The translations under genes and the position numbers were made by a program. A stretch of 24,000 bases of DNA, from NCBI GenBank assembly GCA_963777605.1, contig CAVZRV010000011.1:143145-167144 (forward strand), in the 5' to 3' direction. This DNA is from an uncultured Acidobacteriota bacterium (GTDB lineage: Bacteria; Acidobacteriota; UBA6911; RPQK01; JAPXNP01). Below the pieces are notes generated by a model. That model worked only from the letters and a program-made list of their open reading frames with translations, was not told where the DNA came from and did no database searches. Of this stretch, positions 17,063 through 24,000 are shown piece by piece; within the stretch, counting starts at the first letter, position 1; each line of letters begins with the position of its first letter.

Positions 17063-17362
17063 TCAGCGAGACGAGTCGGACACGCCAGTCAATCGGTCGA
17101 TCAGTCGCTCGATCCGAACGGAAAGATCACCGTCGATTAGATCGAGTTCCCGCCGGGCGGTCAGGCATTCATCGGCGAGGTTGAGAGCAGCCAGAATAGC
17201 CACTTTCAACGTGTCCACCGTGGGCGTCAGTTCCGCAACCTCATTCATCTTTTGGTCGAGCAATTCAGCCAGCTTCTGCACGTACTCCGGATCGCTGCAA
17301 CGAACGTCATATGAGTGATTGAATATCTGAACTTTAGTGACCAATCCTGCCCTGTCGTCCAT
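17063..17362 (-). CDS. zapA: Cell division protein ZapA
   Basis: 99-aa ORF: VQIFNHSYDVRCSDPEYVQKLAELLDQKMNEVAE...VDTLKVAILAALNLADECL, typical ZapA. Confidence 0.88.
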   Translation of the reverse strand: MDDRAGLVTKVQIFNHSYDVRCSDPEYVQKLAELLDQKMNEVAELTPTVDTLKVAILAALNLADECLTARRELDLIDGDLSVRIERLIDRLTGVSDSSR

Positions 17363-17390
17363 CCCGGACCGCGCTCCACGATTCTCCCTG

Positions 17391-17645
17391 CTATATAGGT
17401 TGCTCCAAAACAGAGATATGTTCCCTTATACGCTCTATCCGCCTGCCAATTTCAGCACGTTTCCGCTTCGACTCTTTCAGCTGCCTAGTTTTGGCCTCGT
17501 TATCCTGCTTCAGCCCCTCCAATTCCTCCAAGAGCTTTTCCGTACTAGCCCTGAGTCGTGCGTTCTCCTGCCTCAACTCTTCGTGTTCGCGAGAGAAACG
17601 TTCCAGGATCCCTTCGAGTTCCTGAAGACGCTCTGTTACCTGCAA
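17391..17645 (-). CDS. Small coiled-coil protein, ZapB-like, immediately upstream of zapA
   Basis: The listed 129-aa ORF likely starts internally: GGAGG-TTTGGGT-TTG gives an 84-aa coiled coil MQVTERLQELEGILERFSREHEELRQENARLRASTEKLLEELEGLKQDNEAKTRQLKESKRKRAEIGRRIERIREHISVLEQPI. This start also removes the overlap with pheT. Confidence 0.7.
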   Translation of the reverse strand: MQVTERLQELEGILERFSREHEELRQENARLRASTEKLLEELEGLKQDNEAKTRQLKESKRKRAEIGRRIERIREHISVLEQPI

Positions 17646-17715
17646 ACCCAAACCTCCAACTGTCCAGGTACCTCGCCTATGGCGATGGTCTTCAATCCCA
17701 CCGGCGCGGACCGCC

Positions 17716-19785
17716 CTAGCGCATCTCAATCGCAAAACTCTCGCGGAGTCCTGCCACAGCCAAATCGCAGCGCTCGGCAATCTCGGCCTGGGTCAAAGTA
17801 CGACCTGGCGCCTCGAAAGTTAAACGCACAGTTAGACTTACTTTACTTTGGGGAAGACCAGAACCGTGATAGAGATCGATCAATCGAAACGCTTTAAGCT
17901 CAGGAATCTTGAGTGCCTGAACCTGCGAATCTATTTTATTGAACGACACAGTCTTGTCAAGCAAGAAAGACAAATCCCGGTAAACTGGCTGAAAGCGGGC
18001 GAGGCTTTCAAAATGCGGGGTTGCCAGCGGTTGCTGATAAAGCGCGTCCAGAGAGAGTTCGCAGTAGAACGCCCGGTCGGTGAGCTTGAACTCCTCCGCA
18101 AGTCGCGGATGAAACTCCCCCATGACGCCCAGGACATCTCCCGAATCTGAGCAGAGCCGGGCGGCCGCTCCAGGGTGCATAAATGGGACGTCGCTCGCCG
18201 GCATCCACACCACCGGGCAGTCAAATCGTTCGAGCAGAGCTTCGACCATTCCTTTGACATGGAAGAAGTCCAACTTCTCGACAGATCGGCTCCAGTGGGG
18301 ATTCAGGAAGTCACCAAGGGCGATCAGCGCCAGCATCGGCACCTGCACCACGCCAGGATCCGCCTCCCGACTGGGTCGATAGACGGCTCCAATCTCAAAC
18401 AGGCGAATATTCCGGCTCCCGAAATTGAGGTTCCGCCGAACCGATTCCATCAACCCCGGCAGGAGTGTGCTGCGCAGGTGCGTGTCCAAGTCGGTCAGTG
18501 GATTGGCGAGAGCGACCAGATCCGGCTCGCGGCCCAGGAAATTGGCTTCGCGCTGTGGGTTCGAGAACGCATAGTTGGACGCCTGGAAGAACCCCATGTC
18601 CACCAGGGTGTCCTCCAGCAAGCGGTCGTGCCCGTCGGTTTCGTGTGCCTTACCTGCCTGCGGAGGTCGCGGATAGCTCGAAGGAATCCGCTCGTAGCCG
18701 ATATGACGGGCGATCTCTTCAACCAGATCGTCCTCCACCCCAATGTCACGGCGGAAGCTCGGCCCCTTGACCACAAGAGCGTCGCCTTCAACCCTCCTTG
18801 GCTGAAACTCGAGTCGCTCCAGGACCTCCGAGGCATCGTTCAGATTAACATCGATCCCTAACACCTGCCGCACCCGCTTCTGACGAATCGTGAACTCTTC
18901 CGGGCGGTATGGAAGCGGATTGACATCGATCACGTCTCCGACACATTTGCTGCCGCAGTATTCCTCGATCAGCCGACAGGCCAGGTTCAACGCCTTAACC
19001 GGCATTTCGGGATCGGCGCCCCGTTCGAACCGGTACGAAGCTTCCGTTGACAGTCCCAGGCTTTTTGATGTCTGCCTGATCGAGCCGGGGTCGAAGTAGG
19101 CACTCTCCAGGAGAATCGTATCCGTTCCATCACCGATCTCGCTATCCTCTCCGCCCATCACACCGGCAACCGCGACCGGGCGTGATCCATCACAGATCAT
19201 CAACATGGACTCGGTCAACTCGCGGCCTACCCCATCCAGCGTCCGGATCCCTTCCCCGACACGGGCCCTCCGCACCACGATCCGACGGCGCTCAAGCTTG
19301 TAATAATCGAAGGCATGCAGAGGCTGCCCCAGTTCGAAGAGAATGTAATTGGTGATGTCGACGACGTTGCTGATCGGCCGCTGGCCGACCGCTTCCAGCC
19401 GCCGTTTGAGCCAGTCGGGCGATTCTCCGATTCGAACCCCGGTCAGGACCCGACCTGAATACCGCGGACACAACTCGGGATCCTCGATTTCGATCGACAT
19501 CGGAAACTCAGCCGTGCACGAGTCGTCGGTCTCGGGCGGAGTGAAGTCCGGAGCACGCAACTTCAGACGGTACTGTGCCGCCAACTCGCGGGCGACCCCC
19601 AAGTGATTCAGACAGTCTGGACGGTTCGTTGTCACGTCGACGTCGAAAACGAAATCGTCTCCTGACGGCTCGACCAGGTCCACAGCCAGACCGACCATGG
19701 TCAAGGACCGCGCCAAGTCTTCCGGCTGCAGCCCCATGATGTCGATGTCCACAAAGGTCTGGAGCCAATTCAAGCTGATTTTCAT
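17716..19785 (-). CDS. pheT: Phenylalanine-tRNA ligase beta subunit, lacking the B2/EMAP tRNA-binding domain
   Basis: MKISLNWLQTFVDI...VTTNRPDCLNHLGVARELAA, ISNVVDITNYILFELGQPLHAFDY, and C-terminal FDX-ACB domain ending QAEIAERCDLAVAGLRESFAIEMR. Confidence 0.96.
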   Translation of the reverse strand: MKISLNWLQTFVDIDIMGLQPEDLARSLTMVGLAVDLVEPSGDDFVFDVDVTTNRPDCLNHLGVARELAAQYRLKLRAPDFTPPETDDSCTAEFPMSIEIEDPELCPRYSGRVLTGVRIGESPDWLKRRLEAVGQRPISNVVDITNYILFELGQPLHAFDYYKLERRRIVVRRARVGEGIRTLDGVGRELTESMLMICDGSRPVAVAGVMGGEDSEIGDGTDTILLESAYFDPGSIRQTSKSLGLSTEASYRFERGADPEMPVKALNLACRLIEEYCGSKCVGDVIDVNPLPYRPEEFTIRQKRVRQVLGIDVNLNDASEVLERLEFQPRRVEGDALVVKGPSFRRDIGVEDDLVEEIARHIGYERIPSSYPRPPQAGKAHETDGHDRLLEDTLVDMGFFQASNYAFSNPQREANFLGREPDLVALANPLTDLDTHLRSTLLPGLMESVRRNLNFGSRNIRLFEIGAVYRPSREADPGVVQVPMLALIALGDFLNPHWSRSVEKLDFFHVKGMVEALLERFDCPVVWMPASDVPFMHPGAAARLCSDSGDVLGVMGEFHPRLAEEFKLTDRAFYCELSLDALYQQPLATPHFESLARFQPVYRDLSFLLDKTVSFNKIDSQVQALKIPELKAFRLIDLYHGSGLPQSKVSLTVRLTFEAPGRTLTQAEIAERCDLAVAGLRESFAIEMR

Positions 19786-19806
19786 GGGAGCCTCGCAGGG
19801 AACCGC

Positions 19807-20838
19807 TTATCGAAACTGGCTCAGAAAGCGGAGATCGTTCTCGAAGAGCAGGCGGATATCGTCGATCTGGTATTTGAAGAGCGTAATCCGGTCGATTCCC
19901 ATTCCCCAGGCAAAGCCTGTGTAGCGCTCGGGATCGTACCCCACCCTCTGCAGAACCTTCGGATGTACCATCCCCGCCCCGAGGATCTCGACCCATCCGG
20001 TACGCTTGCAGACCCGGCAGCCCGAACCGGAGCAAAACACGCAGCTGATATCAACCTCGGCACCGGGTTCGACGAAGGGGAAGTAGCTGGGACGGAGGCG
20101 CACTCGAACGTCGGCGCGGAAAAGCTCGCGAAAAAAGACCTCGAGAGTTCCCTTCAGATCCCCGAGCGTAATCCCCTCGTCTACAACAAGCCCTTCCACC
20201 TGGTGAAACATCGGACTGTGAGTCGCGTCCACCGCATCGCGACGAAACACTCGGCCTGGCACAACGATCCGAACCGGCGGCTCGCGCCTTTCCATCGTGC
20301 GGATCTGCACAGGAGAAGTGTGGGCCCTCAAAAGGAGGTTCTGGTCGAGATAGAAGGTATCCTGGTCGTCGCGGGCCGGGTGGCCCTGCGGGATGTTGAG
20401 CGCTTCAAAGTTATAGTAGTCGGTTTCCACCTCCGGCCCCACCACGACTTCGAAGCCCATTCGGACGAAGACATCCGACATCTCCCGCCACATTCTGGAT
20501 ATCGGATGAAGGGCACCCCGCTCAAACTCAAATCCGGGCAAAGTGACGTCGATCCGCTCTTCGGTGAGTCGGCTCGACTCCTCAACCTGACGCAGCTTTT
20601 CCTGGAGCTGTTCCAGCTCGTCGTCGACCTGCCCCTTGACCAAGTTGAGCAGTTGCCCCATCTGCGGGCGCTCGTCCGCAGGCAACTGACCCAGCTTGCG
20701 CATTTCCAAGGCCAGGAGGCCGCGCTGCCGACTAAGATACCGATCGCGCACCTCAGTCAACTGCTCCAGGCTTGAAACTCCCCTGAGATCTTCTCGGAAG
20801 GCGTCCAGGAGCGGGTGAGAAACCTCGGTCACAGCCAC
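19807..20838 (-). CDS. pheS: Phenylalanine-tRNA ligase alpha subunit
   Basis: 343-aa ORF: GALHPISRMWREMSDVFVRMGFEV, HPARDDQDTFY, FRRDAVDATHSPMFHQVEGLVVDEGITLGDLKG, GWVEILGAGMVHPKVL, GFAWGMGIDRITLFKYQIDDIRLLFENDLRFL. Confidence 0.97.
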   Translation of the reverse strand: MAVTEVSHPLLDAFREDLRGVSSLEQLTEVRDRYLSRQRGLLALEMRKLGQLPADERPQMGQLLNLVKGQVDDELEQLQEKLRQVEESSRLTEERIDVTLPGFEFERGALHPISRMWREMSDVFVRMGFEVVVGPEVETDYYNFEALNIPQGHPARDDQDTFYLDQNLLLRAHTSPVQIRTMERREPPVRIVVPGRVFRRDAVDATHSPMFHQVEGLVVDEGITLGDLKGTLEVFFRELFRADVRVRLRPSYFPFVEPGAEVDISCVFCSGSGCRVCKRTGWVEILGAGMVHPKVLQRVGYDPERYTGFAWGMGIDRITLFKYQIDDIRLLFENDLRFLSQFR

Positions 20839-21192
20839 CTACAGAGCCTGTCTTGCCGTCTCAGCCAGCCTCTCGAATCCCTTGGGGTCCCGGAACGCGA
20901 TGTCGGCCAGAGCCTTCCGATTCAGCTCGACACCGGCAACCCGAAGCCCATGCATCAACTGGCTGTACGACAATTCAAACTGGTGAGCCGCAGCGTTGAT
21001 GCGAATGATCCACAACCTCCGGAAATCGCGCTTCTTCTGGCGGCGATCCCGATAGGAATAGGCCATCGACCGCATCACCTGCTCTTTGGCAGCTCGGTGC
21101 AGCTTGCTCTTGGTTCCCCAGTAACCCTTGGCCTGCTGAAGAATCTTCTTGCGCCGTTTTACTCTCTTGTTGCCTCTTTTTACTCTCGGCAT
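20839..21192 (-). CDS. rplT: 50S ribosomal protein L20
   Basis: 117-aa ORF: [68 protein letters not shown]. Confidence 0.97.
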   Translation of the reverse strand: MPRVKRGNKRVKRRKKILQQAKGYWGTKSKLHRAAKEQVMRSMAYSYRDRRQKKRDFRRLWIIRINAAAHQFELSYSQLMHGLRVAGVELNRKALADIAFRDPKGFERLAETARQAL

Positions 21193-21207
21193 CGGTTTGC
21201 CCCACCC

Positions 21208-21399
21208 TTACATATTCAGCATCAACTTGACCCGCTTCTCGTCGCCGGAAGAGACTACCGCCCACTTGGCCAAGTTTCGTTTTCGCTTTGATGACTTCTT
21301 AGTCAAGATATGGCTCGCATACGCATGGCGCCTTCGGATCTTCCCCGTACCGGTTAATCGGAACCGCTTCGCCGCAGCCTTTTTCGTCTTCATCTTCAT
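21208..21399 (-). CDS. rpmI: 50S ribosomal protein L35
   Basis: 63-aa ORF: [49 protein letters not shown]. Confidence 0.96.
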   Translation of the reverse strand: MKMKTKKAAAKRFRLTGTGKIRRRHAYASHILTKKSSKRKRNLAKWAVVSSGDEKRVKLMLNM

Positions 21400-21519
21400 G
21401 ACACAAATCTCCCAACCAGCCTCTTACCCTGGAAGAAGCAAAAGATGGATTGTACCAGAAAACAGGAAGCTCAGTGGAAGAACGGCCACCGAACCTGCGA
21501 GGCCCCTTCCCCGGGTGGA

Positions 21520-22029
21520 TCAGGCCTTCTTTGGTGTCAGAATCATGGTCATCGTGTAGCCGTCCAGTTTGGCCGACCGCTCAACCGCAGCGATTTCAGC
21601 AAGGTCGGCACACAGACGCTGAAGAATCTCGTACCCGATTTCCGGATGCGTCACCTCCCGCCCCCGGAACATCACCGTCGCCTTGACCTTGTTTTGCGAG
21701 TTGAGAAAACGGATGGCATGATTTCTCTTGAACTCGTAATCGTGATCATCAATCTTGGGCCGAAACTTCACTTCCTTGAGGACGACCGTCTTCTGATGCT
21801 TCTTTGCCTCGTGAGCCTTCTTGTTTTGCTCGTAGAGGTATTTGCCGTAATCCATGATTCGGCAGACGGGCGGATTCGCCGTGGGAGCGACTTCGACCAG
21901 ATCGAGTCCCTTGGAATCGGCCAACGGCCGCGCCTCGTCGGGCGTCATAATCCCGAGTTGCTCGCCGGCTTCATCGATTACACGGATTTCACGAGCCCGG
22001 ATCTGATGGTTGACTCTAGTTCTGACGAT
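21520..22029 (-). CDS. infC: Translation initiation factor IF-3, probable AUC start codon
   Basis: Called ORF begins at an internal ATG (21948). The conserved N-terminus (I)VRTRVNHQIRAREIRVIDEAGEQLGI continues upstream in frame to ATC at 22029-22027, preceded by GGAGG with a 7-nt spacer. 169 aa total. Confidence 0.9.
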   Translation of the reverse strand: MVRTRVNHQIRAREIRVIDEAGEQLGIMTPDEARPLADSKGLDLVEVAPTANPPVCRIMDYGKYLYEQNKKAHEAKKHQKTVVLKEVKFRPKIDDHDYEFKRNHAIRFLNSQNKVKATVMFRGREVTHPEIGYEILQRLCADLAEIAAVERSAKLDGYTMTMILTPKKA

Positions 22030-22124
22030 GCTTGCGCCTCCTTGAAAATTCTTCGCTGATTGTTTACCCCCGACTCACCCCGAAATGGGGCTCCAGGGTA
22101 CGCTACACTATGCCCAAGTTATAT

Positions 22125-23939
22125 TTACGGTTTTACGGCCTTAGTATCAATCAATTTCTTGATGCCGGCGGCAAATTCGGAAATCCCCTGGGCACCGAGA
22201 TCGCCCTCGCTGCGACTGCGGACGGAAACCGAGCCACTTTCGACTTCTTTATCCCCAACCACCAGCATGAACGGGATCTTCTTCATTTGGGCATCCCGAA
22301 TCTTATACCCCAGCTTCTCGTTGCGGAGATCCGCCTTGACCCGAAGATCCTCGTCACTCAATCGATTCTCGACCTGGACGGCAAATTCGTGATGCCGGTC
22401 CGCGATCGGGATCACGACAGCCTGGACCGGTGCGAGCCAAACCGGGAAAGCGCCACCGTAATGCTCGATGAGCACTCCCATGAAGCGCTCCAGCGAGCCC
22501 AGCAGGGCACGGTGAACCATCACCACCTCGTGCTGCTTGGAGTCGGAACCCACGAAATTGACCCCAAAACGCCCGGGAAGGTTAAAGTCGAACTGAAACG
22601 TGCTCAACTGCCAGGACCGGCCCAGTGCGTCGATCAACTGAACGTCGATCTTGGGACCGTAGAACGCGGCATCCCCTTCGGCTCGCTGATACTCCCACCC
22701 CCGCTCGTTGAGGACTTCGACCAGAACTGACTCTGCATAGCCCCAGTCTTCCGGCTTGCCTGCGTAGTCATCAGAGCGAGCCGGGTCCCAGACCGAAAGA
22801 GTCACCTTGAACTCGTCAAAGCCAAAACTCTTCAGGATGCGGTCGGCCAGGTTGAGCGTGGCCTCAACCTCCTGCTTGACCTGATCGGGCCGGCAGAAGA
22901 TGTGGGCGTCGTCCTGCGTGAACCCCCGGACCCGCAACATGCCGTGGAGGGTCCCCGATTTCTCGAATCGATAAACCGTTCCGAACTCCGCCAGGCGGAT
23001 CGGGAGATCGCGATAGCTCCGAATATCCGACTTGTATATGAGGATATGTCCCGGGCAGTTCATCGGCTTCAGGACATATTCCTCCTCGTCTACCGGGAAC
23101 GTGTACATGTTCTCCAGGAAGTAGTCGTAGTGACCGGAAATCTTCCAGAGTTCGCTCTTCGCTATGTGGGGCGTGTAGACGAACTCATAGCCGTTCTTCC
23201 GCAACTCGCTGCGCAGAAAGTCTTCGATCACCCCCCGGACGATGGCCCCGTTCGGGAGCCAAAAGATCAGTCCAGGAGCAACCTCATCCTCAATCGAGAA
23301 GAGACTCAACTCCCGACCCAGCTTGCGATGGTCGCGCTTGCGTGCCTCCTCCAGCCGGGCCAGGTAATCCTCCAGTTCCTCTTCCGTAAAAAAGGCGGTA
23401 CCGTAGATTCGCTGAAGCTGCTCCCGATGCTCGTTGCCGCGCCAGTAGGACCCGGCTACCGACAGAAGGCGGAATGCTCCCAGTTCCTTCGTCGAACGAA
23501 CGTGCGGTCCGGTGCAGAAATCGACCAGCTTTCCGAGCCGGTAACAGGACAGCACTTCGTTCGCCCTGTCCTCAATTAACTCCTGCTTGAGTCCTTCGCC
23601 CCGATCCTCAAAGAAGCGGATCGCTTCATCTTTCGAGATGATCGAGGGTTCGTAGGGAAGGTCTTCAGACTGCAATTCGCGCATCCGTTCCTCAATGCGA
23701 CGCAGGTCTTCTTCCGCGAAACGATGCTCGGACTGAAAATCGTAGTAAAAACCGTCGCTCGTGGCGGGACCGATCCCGAGATGAGTGCCCGGAAACAGGT
23801 CCACGACAGCCAAAGCCATCAGGTGGGAACTTGAGTGGCGAAGCACTTCCAAGGCAGAGTCCCGATTGCCGAGGACATCGACGGTGCCATCACGGCGAAC
23901 CACTTCTAGAGCCAGTTGGTCCTTCATTATCGGTACCAA
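22125..23939 (-). CDS. thrS: Threonine-tRNA ligase lacking the N-terminal TGS domain
   Basis: LRHSSSHLMALAVVDLFPGTHLGIGP, FCTGPHVRSTKELGAFRLLSVAGSYWRGNEHREQLQRIYGTAFF, EYVLKPMNCPGHILIYKS, RGFTQDDAHIFCRPDQV, YGAFPVWLAPVQAVVIPI-like C-terminus. Likely true start is ATG at 23927 rather than the TTG at 23939. Confidence 0.95.
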   Translation of the reverse strand: MVPIMKDQLALEVVRRDGTVDVLGNRDSALEVLRHSSSHLMALAVVDLFPGTHLGIGPATSDGFYYDFQSEHRFAEEDLRRIEERMRELQSEDLPYEPSIISKDEAIRFFEDRGEGLKQELIEDRANEVLSCYRLGKLVDFCTGPHVRSTKELGAFRLLSVAGSYWRGNEHREQLQRIYGTAFFTEEELEDYLARLEEARKRDHRKLGRELSLFSIEDEVAPGLIFWLPNGAIVRGVIEDFLRSELRKNGYEFVYTPHIAKSELWKISGHYDYFLENMYTFPVDEEEYVLKPMNCPGHILIYKSDIRSYRDLPIRLAEFGTVYRFEKSGTLHGMLRVRGFTQDDAHIFCRPDQVKQEVEATLNLADRILKSFGFDEFKVTLSVWDPARSDDYAGKPEDWGYAESVLVEVLNERGWEYQRAEGDAAFYGPKIDVQLIDALGRSWQLSTFQFDFNLPGRFGVNFVGSDSKQHEVVMVHRALLGSLERFMGVLIEHYGGAFPVWLAPVQAVVIPIADRHHEFAVQVENRLSDEDLRVKADLRNEKLGYKIRDAQMKKIPFMLVVGDKEVESGSVSVRSRSEGDLGAQGISEFAAGIKKLIDTKAVKP

Positions 23940-23971
23940 GATAAATTAATCGCTCGATATGAGCAAAAAAA

Positions 23972-24000
23972 TGGTAGGCGCGAGCGGATTTGAACCGCTG
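23972..24000 (-). tRNA. Partial tRNA (3' half of T-arm, acceptor 3' strand and encoded CCA), truncated by the window edge
   Basis: Reverse complement: CAGCGGTTCAAATCCGCTCGCGCCTACCA. T-stem/loop AGCGG-TTCAAAT-CCGCT, acceptor strand CGCGCCT, discriminator A, CCA. Isotype cannot be determined because the anticodon is outside the window. Confidence 0.85.

Noticed and set aside
22078-22090. CCCC-GAAAT-GGGG hairpin between thrS and infC as an attenuator or T-box-like leader
   Set aside because: Only a 4-bp stem, no T-box motifs or U-tract; too weak to call.
1-24000. CRISPR arrays, transposases, integrases, att sites, toxin-antitoxin or defence genes
   Set aside because: None seen: no regularly spaced direct repeats, no terminal inverted repeats with target duplications and no recognisable marker proteins in the ORF track.

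Overview
A chromosomal, Acidobacteria-like (inferred) housekeeping region with no CRISPR array, transposon, phage or toxin/defence island that I can support. Left part, minus strand: a CE15-type glucuronoyl esterase, an orphan radical SAM/SPASM-like protein, a two-domain thioredoxin-like lipoprotein candidate, and an RlmI-family rRNA methyltransferase interrupted by a +1 frameshift. Centre, plus strand: a DUF4136-like secreted protein, a membrane-anchored Pro/Ala-rich protein, uvrA, a Gfo/Idh/MocA oxidoreductase and a class-III aminotransferase with a frameshifted C-terminus. Right part, minus strand: thrS-infC-rpmI-rplT-pheS-pheT-(ZapB-like)-zapA-(6S RNA candidate)-rny-ymdB-like phosphoesterase, with a partial tRNA at the right edge. 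The observations most worth a second look are: (1) several frameshift signatures packed into about 1 kb (13.2-14.2 kb), where an 843-bp family protein can be rebuilt across four frame changes; (2) infC has no ATG/GTG/TTG start and appears to use AUC; (3) PheT lacks the EMAP/B2 tRNA-binding domain and ThrRS lacks the TGS domain; (4) an unannotated 6S-RNA-like structure between zapA and rny; (5) a ZapB-like coiled-coil ORF with a TTG start just upstream of zapA. I did not find a convincing novel multi-gene system.
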